57,157 bases of DNA from an uncultured Verrucomicrobiota bacterium (GTDB lineage: Bacteria; Verrucomicrobiota; Verrucomicrobiia; Palsa-1439), in the NCBI GenBank assembly GCA_964574605.1, contig CAZNOK010000003.1, positions 1-57,157 of the forward strand, written 5' to 3'. Positions 21,725 to 31,378 of the stretch are shown in pieces. Both the position numbers and the translations under genes were made by a program. The notes beneath the pieces were generated by a model. It ran no database searches, was not told the DNA's origin, and saw only the letters and a program-made list of their open reading frames with translations. Each line of letters opens with the position of its first letter. Positions within the stretch are counted from its first letter, which is position 1.

Positions 21725-22489
21725 TTAGAGCAGACCGCGTTGGGCCAGCAGTTCGACGAGTTTGCCGGCGGCTTCTTCGGGCGAGCCTTCCAACATCTCG
21801 GCATGGCTGCTCACCACGGGTTTGGCCAGTTGCCGGACTTCAATCTGCGCCGCGCCGGCCTCGCCGGGCGCAGCAACGGTCTCGATCTTGTTCGTTTTCA
21901 TCACGGCGCGCACCTTCGCGACGGGCACGTAACGGGGCGGTTTCTCCGCCGCCTGCACGCCAAGCACGGCAGGCAACGTCACCGCAAACTCGCCGCGCAC
22001 GCCGCCGGCGAATTCCTTGATGACGGTGGCCGTCGGGCCGTTGGCCGTGACAGCGGTCACAACGCCGATGTAGGGGAAGTTGAGTTGCTGGGCGACCAGC
22101 GCGGCGCTAAGCCCGTCGAGGTCGTCGAGCGCCTGCACGCCGGTCAGGATGAGATCGGCGGGCAACAGCCCGGCGATGACCTGACCGCAAAGCTTGGCGG
22201 CCATTTGCGTGGTCATGCCCTCCGGCGCGTCGGTGATCTTGACGGCGCGGTCGGCGCCTTTCGCCATCGCGGCGAACAACGTGTCGTCAATGTCCGGTGC
22301 ATCGAGCGCGACGACGGTGACTTTGCCGCCGTGGCGTTCCTTCAGGAGGATCGCCTGTTCGAGCGCGTGGTCGTCGCGTTCGTTGATGATCGTGCGGAGG
22401 AACGAGGTGTCGAGCGACTTGCCGTCGCCGGCGACCTCCAGTTCCTCGACGACGTCGGGAACCATTTTGAGCAGGACGAGTATGTTCAT
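21725..22489 (-). CDS. etfB: Electron transfer flavoprotein beta subunit
   Basis: MNILVLLKMVPD, NERDDHALEQA, KGADRA, DLILTGVQA, PPRY. Start ATG 22489. Confidence 0.94.
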   Translation of the reverse strand: MNILVLLKMVPDVVEELEVAGDGKSLDTSFLRTIINERDDHALEQAILLKERHGGKVTVVALDAPDIDDTLFAAMAKGADRAVKITDAPEGMTTQMAAKLCGQVIAGLLPADLILTGVQALDDLDGLSAALVAQQLNFPYIGVVTAVTANGPTATVIKEFAGGVRGEFAVTLPAVLGVQAAEKPPRYVPVAKVRAVMKTNKIETVAAPGEAGAAQIEVRQLAKPVVSSHAEMLEGSPEEAAGKLVELLAQRGLL

Positions 22490-22491
22490 GG

Positions 22492-23688
22492 TCAGTCCTC
22501 CAGTGCTTCCGCGAGCAGTTCGACCACGTCGCGGACAATCATTTTGCTGTTGCCGCCCACCGTCTTCAGCGCGTCCTCGAAGCGCGAGACTTCGTAGGGA
22601 CACGCGACGGCGAGCACGTCGGCGCCGGTGGCGATGGCTTCCTTGACGCGGCGTTCGCTGAGGCGTTCGTAGCCTTTGGCCTTGTAATAAGTGTCGAGCC
22701 ACATGCCGCCGCCGCCGCCGCCGCAACAGATGCCGTTGGCGCGGTTGTGTTCCATCTCGACGAGCTTGACGCCAGGAATCGCCTGCAACAGTTTGCGCGG
22801 CTGGTCGTAAAGGCCGTTGTGCCGGCTGAGCGCGCAGGGGTCGTGATAGGTGACGGTGTAGTTGAGTTTCTTCTTGAGCTTCGGTTTGAGCTGGTCCAAC
22901 CGGCTGGCGAGGAACGTGACGGTGTGGTCAACGTCCTGTTGCAGGCCGCGCGGTTTGTATTGGTGGACAAACGTGTCGTAAGCGTGCGCGCCGGAGGTGA
23001 CGAGCCGGTTGAACTTGTATTTGCCGAACAACTTCATCGTGTAATCGGTCAACTTGTCGAAGAGGCCGGTTTCGCCGGTGAGTCGGGCGCATTCGCCGGC
23101 GCATTTCTCCTCGTGGCCGAGGATGGCAAAATCAACACCGAGCGCGTGGAACAGCTTCGCAGTGGCCCGGCAGTTGTCCTGACCGCGCGGATGATAGGCA
23201 GTGTAACATTCGACAAACCAGAGCACGTCCGTCGGCTTGCGGTCAGCGGGGAGGATGCGGACGGGAACTTTCGAGGTCTTGACCCAGTCGGCGCGTTTGC
23301 GGGGCGACTCGCCGAGCGGGTTGCCGTAGCGGTCGGTGTTTTCGAGCGCCTTCTGGAGTTCCGCCGGCATGTCAGTCAACTGGATGAACGTCTGTTCCTT
23401 CACGAGCGGCAGCAGGACCTCGGTGAGACGGATGCCGCGCGGACATTTGTTCATGCAGGCATAACAGGTCACACACGTGAGCAGACTCTGGCTGCGCAAC
23501 ACCGTGTCGAGTTCGCCCGCCTTGAGCATCCCGATGATCCGGCGCGGCGGATATTCCATCACCTCGCCGTAGGGACACGTCCCGGCGCACATGCCGCACT
23601 GCATGCAACTGAGCACGCGTTGGCCTTCCGGGGTATTCCACAGGTTCTCCAGTGTAATCTCATTTGCATCTTCTGCGATGACTGGCAT
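22492..23688 (-). CDS. Soluble HdrD/GlpC-like Fe-S protein (2x[4Fe-4S] plus CCG domains)
   Basis: CMQCGMCAGTCP, CVTCYACMNKCP, YHDPCALSRHN, CCGGGGG, ACPY. Confidence 0.9.
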   Translation of the reverse strand: MPVIAEDANEITLENLWNTPEGQRVLSCMQCGMCAGTCPYGEVMEYPPRRIIGMLKAGELDTVLRSQSLLTCVTCYACMNKCPRGIRLTEVLLPLVKEQTFIQLTDMPAELQKALENTDRYGNPLGESPRKRADWVKTSKVPVRILPADRKPTDVLWFVECYTAYHPRGQDNCRATAKLFHALGVDFAILGHEEKCAGECARLTGETGLFDKLTDYTMKLFGKYKFNRLVTSGAHAYDTFVHQYKPRGLQQDVDHTVTFLASRLDQLKPKLKKKLNYTVTYHDPCALSRHNGLYDQPRKLLQAIPGVKLVEMEHNRANGICCGGGGGGMWLDTYYKAKGYERLSERRVKEAIATGADVLAVACPYEVSRFEDALKTVGGNSKMIVRDVVELLAEALED

Positions 23689-23701
23689 GTGTGCTCCTCT
23701 C

Positions 23702-24067
23702 TCAGGCCGTGGCCACGGCCCCGGTTTCCTCCAACTCGATGTTCACCAAATCCAACTCCTGCCCCGTCAGCAACTCGCCGCCGACTGACCGGCACTTCGG
23801 ACACTCAAACCACTGCTCGTGCACAGCAAACTCGTGCTGGCACTTCGGACAACGCGCCGTTGCAGCCACCGCCTCCAGTTCCAACCGCGAACCTTCGAGC
23901 GACGTGCCCAGCGTTGCCGCTGTGTAGCAGGACTGCATTACTTCCGGCACCACCAACCGCAACGCGCCGACGCGAACGCGCACAACGGTCACCTGTGTGC
24001 CCGGATACTTTACCAATTCCGCGCGCACCGCGTCCAGCAGCGATTCAATGATACTCATCTCATGCAT
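23702..24067 (-). CDS. hypA: Hydrogenase nickel metallochaperone HypA
   Basis: MHEMSI start and two CPKC motifs. Confidence 0.95.
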   Translation of the reverse strand: MHEMSIIESLLDAVRAELVKYPGTQVTVVRVRVGALRLVVPEVMQSCYTAATLGTSLEGSRLELEAVAATARCPKCQHEFAVHEQWFECPKCRSVGGELLTGQELDLVNIELEETGAVATA

Positions 24068-24488
24068 GGACAATCTCCCGCACGACCTCCATCGCCGCCT
24101 CGCGCGTCTCCGGCGACAACTTCGTCCCAAAATTGAAATCGTGTCCGCGGATGCTGAACAACCGGCCGCGCGGCGCCTTGCCGTATAACGCCCGACACAA
24201 CCCCAGCACATCGCCCGGCGTCATGAAATGCGCGACGGCGTGGCTGCGGAAGCCGGGATCGACTTCCTCCGTCCACCACGGCTCCGGGCTTTCCGGAATC
24301 GCGGCATCCACGAAGAGAACCTCGTCGTAATCGCGAATCACATCGGCGTGATCCACCTCAAGCTGATGCGCCGTCTCCAGCGTCACGCCGGGCAGACCAA
24401 GCTTCGACAACTCCTTGACGACGAACCAGCCGGCGCCGTCGTCGTTGCGACTGTCGTTGCCGTAGCCGATGATCAACGTCTTCTTCAT
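24060..24488 (-). CDS. Hydrogenase maturation endopeptidase (HoxW/HyaD family)
   Basis: IIGYGNDSRNDDGAG, HQL, FVDAA and H..TP; ATGA overlap with hoxH. Confidence 0.93.
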   Translation of the reverse strand: MKKTLIIGYGNDSRNDDGAGWFVVKELSKLGLPGVTLETAHQLEVDHADVIRDYDEVLFVDAAIPESPEPWWTEEVDPGFRSHAVAHFMTPGDVLGLCRALYGKAPRGRLFSIRGHDFNFGTKLSPETREAAMEVVREIVHA

Positions 24489-25906
24489 TTCTGCATTGTA
24501 TCTATCACGGTTCCGTCGGCATCCACCAACTCCACCACCATCGGCATCTTGCCGATGGCGTGCGTCGCGCAACTCAGGCACGGGTCGTAGCAGCGAATGA
24601 CCGCTTCGACGCGGTTGAGCATCCCTTCCTTGAGCTTCTTCGCCTTGACGTATTTGCGGGCGACGTGTTGGACGCCCTTGTTCATGGCGAGGTTATTGTG
24701 GCCGGTGGAAACGATCAGGTTCACCCGCTCGACCTTGCCATCCTTGTTGACCCAGTAATTGTGGATGAGCGTGCCGCGCGGCGCCTCGACGATGCCGACG
24801 CCAACCGGATTCCGCGGCTGGTTCGGAACGAGGATGTCGGTGCTGGTGATTTCCTTGTCTTCGAGCAACTGCTGCGCGCGTTCGAGCGCGTACACGATCT
24901 CGATGAGCCGCGCCCAGTGGAAATAGAAGGAGCTGGTCTGCACCCGGCGTTTCTCGCGCCAGACTTTCAACTCGGCGTTCGCCTGCGGCGTCGAGATATG
25001 GCTGCAAATGTTCAGCCGCGCCAGCGGACCGACGCGGTACATGCCGTGCGGGTAGCCGAGCTTGGCGATGAACGGGAACTTCATGTAGCTCCACGGCTCA
25101 ACCGCCTCAGCTACATAATCGAGATACTTCGCGTTCGGAATCTGATCGTGAATCACGTCGCCCTTCGCGTTGCAGAACCGGAGATTGCCGTCGTACAATT
25201 CCAACGCGCCATCGGGCTGGACGAGTCCCATGTAGTTGGAATCGAAATTCCCGAAGTCCTCGACTTCCGCGAGGTTCTTCGCGTGGTAGCCTTTGAGCAA
25301 ATCGAGCGCGAACTTCGCCTGCTCGAACGCCGCCGGCATTCCCTTCAACATCGTGTCGTGTTGCTCCGCGGTGAGCGCCTTGTTGACGCCGCCGGGCACC
25401 GGGAAGTCCGCGTGAATCTTGCGTCCAGCGACGAGTTTGATCATTTCCTGGCCGAACTTGCGCAGGAGCACACCCTTGACGGCGATGTCGGGCGCGGCGG
25501 CGACGAGGCCGATGACGTTGCGTTTCAGCGGATCGCTATCGAAGCCGAGCAACATATCCGGCGCGCTGAGGTGGAAGAAACTGAGCGCGTGGGACTGGAT
25601 GATTTGCCCCATGTGCATCAACTCGCGCAGCATCTTCGCCGTGCGCGGAATCGTGCGGCCGACGATGGCATCGCACGCCTTGGCGCTGGCGAGCAGGTGG
25701 CTGACCGGGCAAATGCCGCAGGTGCGCGGCGTGATTTGCGGCATCTCGGTGTAGTGCCGGCCTTCGCAGAATTTCTCGAACCCGCGGAATTCGACGACGT
25801 GGAAACGGGCGTCATCCACATTGCCTTTGGCGTCCACGTGAATCGTGATCTTCGCGTGCCCCTCGATGCGGGTCACGGGATTGATGAGGATGGTCTTGCT
25901 GGTCAT
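24485..25906 (-). CDS. hoxH: [NiFe]-hydrogenase large subunit, HoxH-like (group 3d)
   Basis: PVTRIEGHAKI, L1 motif PRTCGICPVSH, L2 motif RCYDPCLSCATH plus extension. Confidence 0.93.
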   Translation of the reverse strand: MTSKTILINPVTRIEGHAKITIHVDAKGNVDDARFHVVEFRGFEKFCEGRHYTEMPQITPRTCGICPVSHLLASAKACDAIVGRTIPRTAKMLRELMHMGQIIQSHALSFFHLSAPDMLLGFDSDPLKRNVIGLVAAAPDIAVKGVLLRKFGQEMIKLVAGRKIHADFPVPGGVNKALTAEQHDTMLKGMPAAFEQAKFALDLLKGYHAKNLAEVEDFGNFDSNYMGLVQPDGALELYDGNLRFCNAKGDVIHDQIPNAKYLDYVAEAVEPWSYMKFPFIAKLGYPHGMYRVGPLARLNICSHISTPQANAELKVWREKRRVQTSSFYFHWARLIEIVYALERAQQLLEDKEITSTDILVPNQPRNPVGVGIVEAPRGTLIHNYWVNKDGKVERVNLIVSTGHNNLAMNKGVQHVARKYVKAKKLKEGMLNRVEAVIRCYDPCLSCATHAIGKMPMVVELVDADGTVIDTMQK

Positions 25907-25907
25907 T

Positions 25908-26459
25908 CTAGTCGTACCTCATGTTCTTCTCGTTAAATTGCGGGATGCGCCCGGCGAGCAGCTCGGTGAGCGCAAACCAGATGCAGTCGGCGTCGGGCGG
26001 ACAGCCGGGAATGTGGAGGTCCACCTTGACAATCTCCTGGAGCGGATGCGCTTTCGGCAACAGCTTCGGCACGATCGGATCGTTCGGGATGCAGGCGACC
26101 TTGGTGCTCTCGGTCTGCTCGTAGGCGCGGCTAAGGCAGTCGCGCAGCGCAAACTGGTTTCGCAACGACGGGATGTTTCCGTTGACGGCGCAATCGCCGA
26201 GCGCGATGAGCACCTTGCAACGCTCGCGCAGCATCTTCAGTTCGTGTTCCTGATCGGTGTTGTTGACGCAGCCCTCGACGATGCCGACGTCCACGCGCGG
26301 CATGTCCTTGACCTTGATGTCCACGATCGGGCTGAACAAAATATCAACGTGCTTCACGAGTTCGAGGATCCGCTCGTCAATGTCGAGAAACGACATGTGG
26401 CAGCCCGAACAGCCGCTCAACCACATCGTTGCCACTTTTACTTTACCGTTTGTGCTCAT
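25908..26459 (-). CDS. hoxY: [NiFe]-hydrogenase small subunit, HoxY-like (single cluster)
   Basis: 183 aa with WLSGCSGCHMS, LGDCAVNG, IPGCPP. Confidence 0.93.
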   Translation of the reverse strand: MSTNGKVKVATMWLSGCSGCHMSFLDIDERILELVKHVDILFSPIVDIKVKDMPRVDVGIVEGCVNNTDQEHELKMLRERCKVLIALGDCAVNGNIPSLRNQFALRDCLSRAYEQTESTKVACIPNDPIVPKLLPKAHPLQEIVKVDLHIPGCPPDADCIWFALTELLAGRIPQFNEKNMRYD

Positions 26460-26480
26460 GCGTAAACGTTCTCCAGTCTC

Positions 26481-26536
26481 TGTAGCCGCGAACCTGTTCG
26501 CGGCTTTGTCGGTCTGCGAGCAGGCTCGCGGCTACA
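26481..26536. repeat. GTAG-type REP doublet (REPIN-like)
   Basis: TGTAGCCGCGAAC-CT-GTTCGCGGC ... TGCGAGCAGGCTCGCGGCTACA; same family as 54269-54344. Confidence 0.85.
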
Positions 26537-26541
26537 ATTCT

Positions 26542-28335
26542 TCATGCGAACACAGCCTCCAAAATCGCTTTGTCATCGCGCGCCTCGCCGGCGGCGGGCA
26601 ACACCGGCCGCAGCGTCAGCTTCCGGCCCTCAAGATTCGTCACGGTGCCTGACTTCTCGCACCAGATGGTCGCGGGCAACACGACGCTCGCCTTCTCCGT
26701 CAACGCCGACTTGTAGCTCGCTTGCACGACGACGCACTCGATTTGTTCGAGCAACGCCGGGACGTGTTTCTCTTCAAGCAGGCTCGCGCCACCGTCGGGC
26801 GCATCGCTGGCGACGATGTGCAGGAACTTCAGAGGCTTGGCATCAAGCCACGGCCCGATTTCCTCGATCGCCGCGATGCCGGTTTGCGACATCGCCATCG
26901 CGTTGGCGCTGACAGGCAGGCCGAGCAGCAACGGTCCGCCGCTGCCGGCGTTGGTTTCGAGGATTGCGATGAGGCGCTCCATCACGGTGATGCCGATCGG
27001 CGTCATCGCATTGGGGCCATAGACAATCGCCGGGCGCTGCGCGTTGGCGAGCGTGGCTTTGACCTTGTCCCAAAGTTTGCTTTCGAGGCTGACGACGTTC
27101 GCGGCAACATCGGCGTACTGATCCAAATCGCTCTTGCGGGCGTGGAACACGAGCAGCTTTGCGCCGGCTTTGCGGACGGCGATGCGGATGCGCGCGGCCA
27201 CGACGCCGTTGTCGCGGCTCGGCTGCGCGCCGAGAACGATGATGGCGTCGGCGTCCTGCAGCTTGCGGAGCGCGTCCTCGCTGAACTTCGGTTCGGCGCA
27301 GAGCGCGGCTTCGTTGGCACCGACGTACATTGCGGCGCCGCTGATTTTGGCGGCGACAGCCGCCGTCTCGTTTGTGACGCGCGGAGCAAGGAGCAATGCT
27401 TTCTCCGCTTTCTTGACCTTCGCGGCTTTCTTGACGGCGGCAAGAGCTTCGTCCCACGTCGCGGGCTTGCCTTTGATGAGCGGCGTGGTGATGCGTTCGC
27501 GCGGCTCGGCCCAAGTCTGATACCGGCCTCTGACGCAGAGATGGCCTTTGTTGACCGGGCTGTCGGGATCGCCCCAGACGTTGACGATGCGGTTTTCTTT
27601 CGTGTGCACCATCAGGCCGCAGCCGACGGGGCATTCGGTGCACGTCGTCAGGACCTGCTTGCAACTGGTCCATTGGCCGCGGAACGCACTGGCCTTGTCG
27701 AAGAGCGAGCCGGTCGGGCAACTCACGACGCAGGCACCGCAGTTCGTGCAGGTCTCGGACGCGCCAAACGTCGTGTTCATGTCCACGACGATTTGGTTCT
27801 TGCTGCCGCGGTTGGCGATATCGAGCGTGTGGACGCCTTCGATCTCGTCGCACGTGCGGACACAACGCGCGCAGAGGATGCAACGGTTCTGGTCAATGCC
27901 GAAGTACGGCGCCGTCAGGTCAATCGGCATCGCAGGATACAGGTACGGATAGCGGATGCCGGTGATGCCGTGGATGTAGCCTTGATGCTGGAGGCCGCAG
28001 TCGCCCTTGTTGTACTCGCACATCGGGCAGATGTGGTTGCGTTCGCTGAACAGCAATTCGAGCGTCGCCTTCCGCAAGCTGACGAGACGTTCGCTGTGCG
28101 TGGTGATCTTCGTGCCGTCCACCGCCGGCGTCGCGCAAGCTGGGGCGACCTTCGGGCTGCCTTCGATCTCGACGACGCAAAGACGACAGCCGCCCCACGG
28201 CGTCAGGCCCTTGAGGTAGCAGAGCGTCGGGATGTAGATGTTGTGGGCGCGGGCGATGTCGAGGATGGTCTGACCTTGTTCGCCGTCGCAGACTTGGCCG
28301 TTGATGGTGACGGAGATTTTCTTGGGGGCAATCAT
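26542..28335 (-). CDS. HoxU/NuoG-like Fe-S subunit with C-terminal molybdopterin-oxidoreductase-like domain (HydA-like)
   Basis: PTLC..GGCRLC [2Fe-2S], HICPMC, CILCARC, CTNCGAC and CTECPVGC...LC, then a MopB-like fold (VVLPATIWCEKSGTVTNLEGR). Start ATG 28335; 597 aa. Confidence 0.9.
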   Translation of the reverse strand: MIAPKKISVTINGQVCDGEQGQTILDIARAHNIYIPTLCYLKGLTPWGGCRLCVVEIEGSPKVAPACATPAVDGTKITTHSERLVSLRKATLELLFSERNHICPMCEYNKGDCGLQHQGYIHGITGIRYPYLYPAMPIDLTAPYFGIDQNRCILCARCVRTCDEIEGVHTLDIANRGSKNQIVVDMNTTFGASETCTNCGACVVSCPTGSLFDKASAFRGQWTSCKQVLTTCTECPVGCGLMVHTKENRIVNVWGDPDSPVNKGHLCVRGRYQTWAEPRERITTPLIKGKPATWDEALAAVKKAAKVKKAEKALLLAPRVTNETAAVAAKISGAAMYVGANEAALCAEPKFSEDALRKLQDADAIIVLGAQPSRDNGVVAARIRIAVRKAGAKLLVFHARKSDLDQYADVAANVVSLESKLWDKVKATLANAQRPAIVYGPNAMTPIGITVMERLIAILETNAGSGGPLLLGLPVSANAMAMSQTGIAAIEEIGPWLDAKPLKFLHIVASDAPDGGASLLEEKHVPALLEQIECVVVQASYKSALTEKASVVLPATIWCEKSGTVTNLEGRKLTLRPVLPAAGEARDDKAILEAVFA

Positions 28336-28339
28336 GGTC

Positions 28340-31300
28340 TTACTTCGCCTCCACTTTGATGTCGCAACGCAGGCAGCGTAGGCACTCGGCCTTCGCCTGC
28401 CACTCGGTGAATGTCGGCGAAACTTCGGTGTTGCCGACGCGTTGTTCGGGCGGAATCGCGCGCGCGGGATTGCGCGCTCCGCCTTGCGACGGGGGCGGAA
28501 TCGTCTGGTCATACTCGAACTTCGGCCACAACTCCTCGAACCGGTCGAGCCCCGTCAACGCGCGGTCAATCTGCTTCGCGGCTTTCTTGCCGTAACCCAT
28601 CGCCGTGGCAACGTTGGCCGCGCCGCTGACGTAATCGCCGCCGGCATAGACTTTCGGGTTGCTGGTCTGGAGCGTCCACGGGTCAACCTTCACCGTGCCC
28701 CACGAGGTCGTTTCGAGACCGAGACCTTTCGTCAACGCGCTGTCGGCTTTCTCGCCGATGGCTTTGATGATGGCGTCGCACGGAATGATGTAGGTGTCCT
28801 TCGTCATCACCGGCGCGCGCCGGCCTTTCGAGTCGTGCTTGCCGGGGACGGTCTTGGCGACTTCGAGGCCGGTGAGTTTACCGGACTTGTCGGTCACGAG
28901 CCGCAACGGCGCGGCCATCGTGATGAGCTTCGCGCCTTCTTCGAGCGCCTGCTCAACTTCCTCGCCGATGGCCGGCATGTCCTCGCGGGTGCGACGATAC
29001 ACAATCGTCACAACCGCGCCTTGGCGCATCGCGGTGCGCGCGGCGTCAATCGCGGAGTTGCCGCCGCCGATGACGAGCACTTTCTCGCCGATCTTCTTCG
29101 GCTTGGTGAGATACGAGAGCGAGGAGTAAAGACCTTTCGCATCGTCGCCCGGAACACCGAGCGCCTGTTCCTCCCACGTGCCGACGCCAATGAACACGGC
29201 GTCGTTCTCTTTCACGAACTTATCGAGCTTCGTCAGCTTGGTGTTGAACTGGAATTTGACTCCCGCGGCTTTGATCAGCGCGATTTCCTTGTCCACAATC
29301 CGCTTCGGCAGGCGGTATTCGGGGAGCGCGTATCGCAACATGCCGCCGGCGTCGGCGGCTTTCTCGAACACGGTGACTTTGTGTCCGAGCAATGCGAGAT
29401 AAAACGCCGCGCTCAATCCCGACGGACCAGCGCCGATGACGGCGATCGTCTTGCCGGTCGGTTTCTGTTTGCGTTTCAGGATGCGCTTCAAAACTTTCTT
29501 CGCGACCGGACCTTCGTAGGCGACGTCGCCGATGTAACGGTGCGTCTCGCGCATGTTGATCGGGGCGTCCGCGCCGGCGCGCCGGCAACGGAGTTCGCAC
29601 GGATGCTGGCAGACGCGGCCGGTCGAGGCGGGCAACGGGTTGTCCATCACGACCTGCTCGAAGGCGTCCTCGACGCGGTCTTCCTTGAGCAACTGGAGGA
29701 AGGCCGGGATGTTCATGTTCAGCGGGCAGGTGTTCTCGCACGGCGAAATCGCAAGCGCGCTGCAGGCGCCGGCCACACAACGATGTTCGCGGATGTGTTG
29801 CTCGTACTCGTGACGGAAATAGCGGAGCGTCGTGAGGACCGGGTTCGGCGCGGTCTGTCCGAGGCCGCAGAGGCTGGCGGAGCGGACCGTTTCGCACAGG
29901 TCTTCGAGCAACGCGAGGTCGCTGAGATGTCCTTCGCCCCGGCAAATCTTTTCGAGGATGCCGAGCATCTGTTTCGTGCCGACGCGGCACGGCGGGCATT
30001 TGCCGCAGGATTCATCGCAGCAGAATTCGAGGAAGAACCGCGCAAAATCCACCATGCAGCCGTCTTCGTCCACGACGACCATGCCGCCGGAACCCATGAT
30101 CGAGCCGAGCTTTTGAAGCGTTTCGTACTCGACGGGCGTGTCGAGATGCGCGGCGGGAATGACGCCGCCGGACGGGCCGCCGGTCTGGACGGCTTTGAGT
30201 TGTTTCCCGTTGGGGATGCCGCCGCCGATTTCGTAAATGATGTCGCGCAACGGCGTGCCGAACGGAACCTCGGCGAGGCCGGTGTTCTTGATCTTGCCGG
30301 CGAGCGCAAAAACTTTTGTGCCTTTCGTACGCTCGGTGCCGATGGCGGAATACCACGCGGCGCCTTTGCGGATGACAAGCGGGATGGCGGCCCAAGTCTC
30401 GACATTATTGATGTTGGTCGGCTTGCCCCAGAGACCGCGCTGCGCCGGGAACGGCGGCCGCGGCATCGGTTGGCCGCGGCGTCCTTCGATGGAACGCATG
30501 AGCGCGGTTTCCTCGCCGCAAACGAACGCGCCGGCACCGATGCGAAGCTCGAGGTCGAAGTTGAAACCTTTCTCGAACAAATTCTTGCCGAGCAAACCGA
30601 GTTTGTACGCTTGGTCAATCGCGATCTGGAGGCGTTTGATGGCGAGCGGATACTCGGCGCGGATGTAAATGAATCCGCGGTTCGCGCCCATCGCGTAGCC
30701 GCCGATGGCCATGCCTTCGATGACGCGATGCGGGTCGCCTTCGAGGACGGCCCGGTTCATGAACGCGCCGGGGTCACCTTCGTCGGCGTTGCAGATGATG
30801 TATTTCGGCGTAAGGTGCGCGCGGGACATGAGTTCCCATTTCACGCCGGTCGGGAACCCGGCGCCGCCACGACCGCGCAGGCCGCTGGCTTTGACTTCGG
30901 CGATGACCTGCTCGGGCGTCATCGAGGTGAGGACTTTGCCGAGCGCGGCGTAACCGTCGCGACCGATGTACTCCTCAATTTTTTCGGCGTCTATGAGTCC
31001 GCAATTTTCGAGAATGATTTTCGTCTGCTTCGCGAGGAATGCGAAGTCGCGCGCGGTGGTGACGACGTTGTCGCCGATCTCGGCCTTCGGCAGCAGTCGC
31101 TCGCAAGGCCGGCCTTTGACGAAATGTTCCTCGACCAGTTCCGGCACATCGTCCGCGCTGACACGCTGGTAAAACGTGCCGTCGGGCAACACGAGGATGA
31201 CCGGGCCGAGGTCGCACGGTCCCATGCAGCCGGTGACCGTCATTTGGATTTCGTCGGCCAAGCTGCGTTTCTTGAGTTCGGCGACGAGCGTCTCTTGGAC

Positions 31301-31363
31301 GGCGTGACAGCCCGAGCTGAGACACCCGGCGCCGCCGCAAACCAATACGTGTGATCGAATCAT
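28340..31363 (-). CDS. NuoF/HoxF/HydB-like flavoprotein fused to a GltD/NfnB-like FAD-NADPH domain
   Basis: N-terminal CGGAGC/GCMGPC, GRGGAGFP, NADEGDPGAFM, FVCGEETAL, ESCGKCPPCR. Then PCENTCP, GRVCQHPCE, GAGPSG, GGGNSAID, YRR, CLRC. Confidence 0.93.
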   Translation of the reverse strand: MIRSHVLVCGGAGCLSSGCHAVQETLVAELKKRSLADEIQMTVTGCMGPCDLGPVILVLPDGTFYQRVSADDVPELVEEHFVKGRPCERLLPKAEIGDNVVTTARDFAFLAKQTKIILENCGLIDAEKIEEYIGRDGYAALGKVLTSMTPEQVIAEVKASGLRGRGGAGFPTGVKWELMSRAHLTPKYIICNADEGDPGAFMNRAVLEGDPHRVIEGMAIGGYAMGANRGFIYIRAEYPLAIKRLQIAIDQAYKLGLLGKNLFEKGFNFDLELRIGAGAFVCGEETALMRSIEGRRGQPMPRPPFPAQRGLWGKPTNINNVETWAAIPLVIRKGAAWYSAIGTERTKGTKVFALAGKIKNTGLAEVPFGTPLRDIIYEIGGGIPNGKQLKAVQTGGPSGGVIPAAHLDTPVEYETLQKLGSIMGSGGMVVVDEDGCMVDFARFFLEFCCDESCGKCPPCRVGTKQMLGILEKICRGEGHLSDLALLEDLCETVRSASLCGLGQTAPNPVLTTLRYFRHEYEQHIREHRCVAGACSALAISPCENTCPLNMNIPAFLQLLKEDRVEDAFEQVVMDNPLPASTGRVCQHPCELRCRRAGADAPINMRETHRYIGDVAYEGPVAKKVLKRILKRKQKPTGKTIAVIGAGPSGLSAAFYLALLGHKVTVFEKAADAGGMLRYALPEYRLPKRIVDKEIALIKAAGVKFQFNTKLTKLDKFVKENDAVFIGVGTWEEQALGVPGDDAKGLYSSLSYLTKPKKIGEKVLVIGGGNSAIDAARTAMRQGAVVTIVYRRTREDMPAIGEEVEQALEEGAKLITMAAPLRLVTDKSGKLTGLEVAKTVPGKHDSKGRRAPVMTKDTYIIPCDAIIKAIGEKADSALTKGLGLETTSWGTVKVDPWTLQTSNPKVYAGGDYVSGAANVATAMGYGKKAAKQIDRALTGLDRFEELWPKFEYDQTIPPPSQGGARNPARAIPPEQRVGNTEVSPTFTEWQAKAECLRCLRCDIKVEAK

Positions 31364-31378
31364 GCGGGGTGACTCCAG

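Noticed and set aside
24489-24500. TACAAT 6 nt before the protease ATG as an internal promoter
   Set aside because: It lies in hoxH coding sequence with no convincing -35, and the ATGA overlap explains translation; not excluded.
26542-28335. Formate dehydrogenase catalytic subunit
   Set aside because: The MopB-like part is short, no RL(C/U)H-type ligand motif is visible, and the gene sits beside hoxYH.
28340-31363. Respiratory complex I NuoF or glutamate synthase small subunit
   Set aside because: No membrane nuo genes or gltB are nearby; the context is a soluble hydrogenase.
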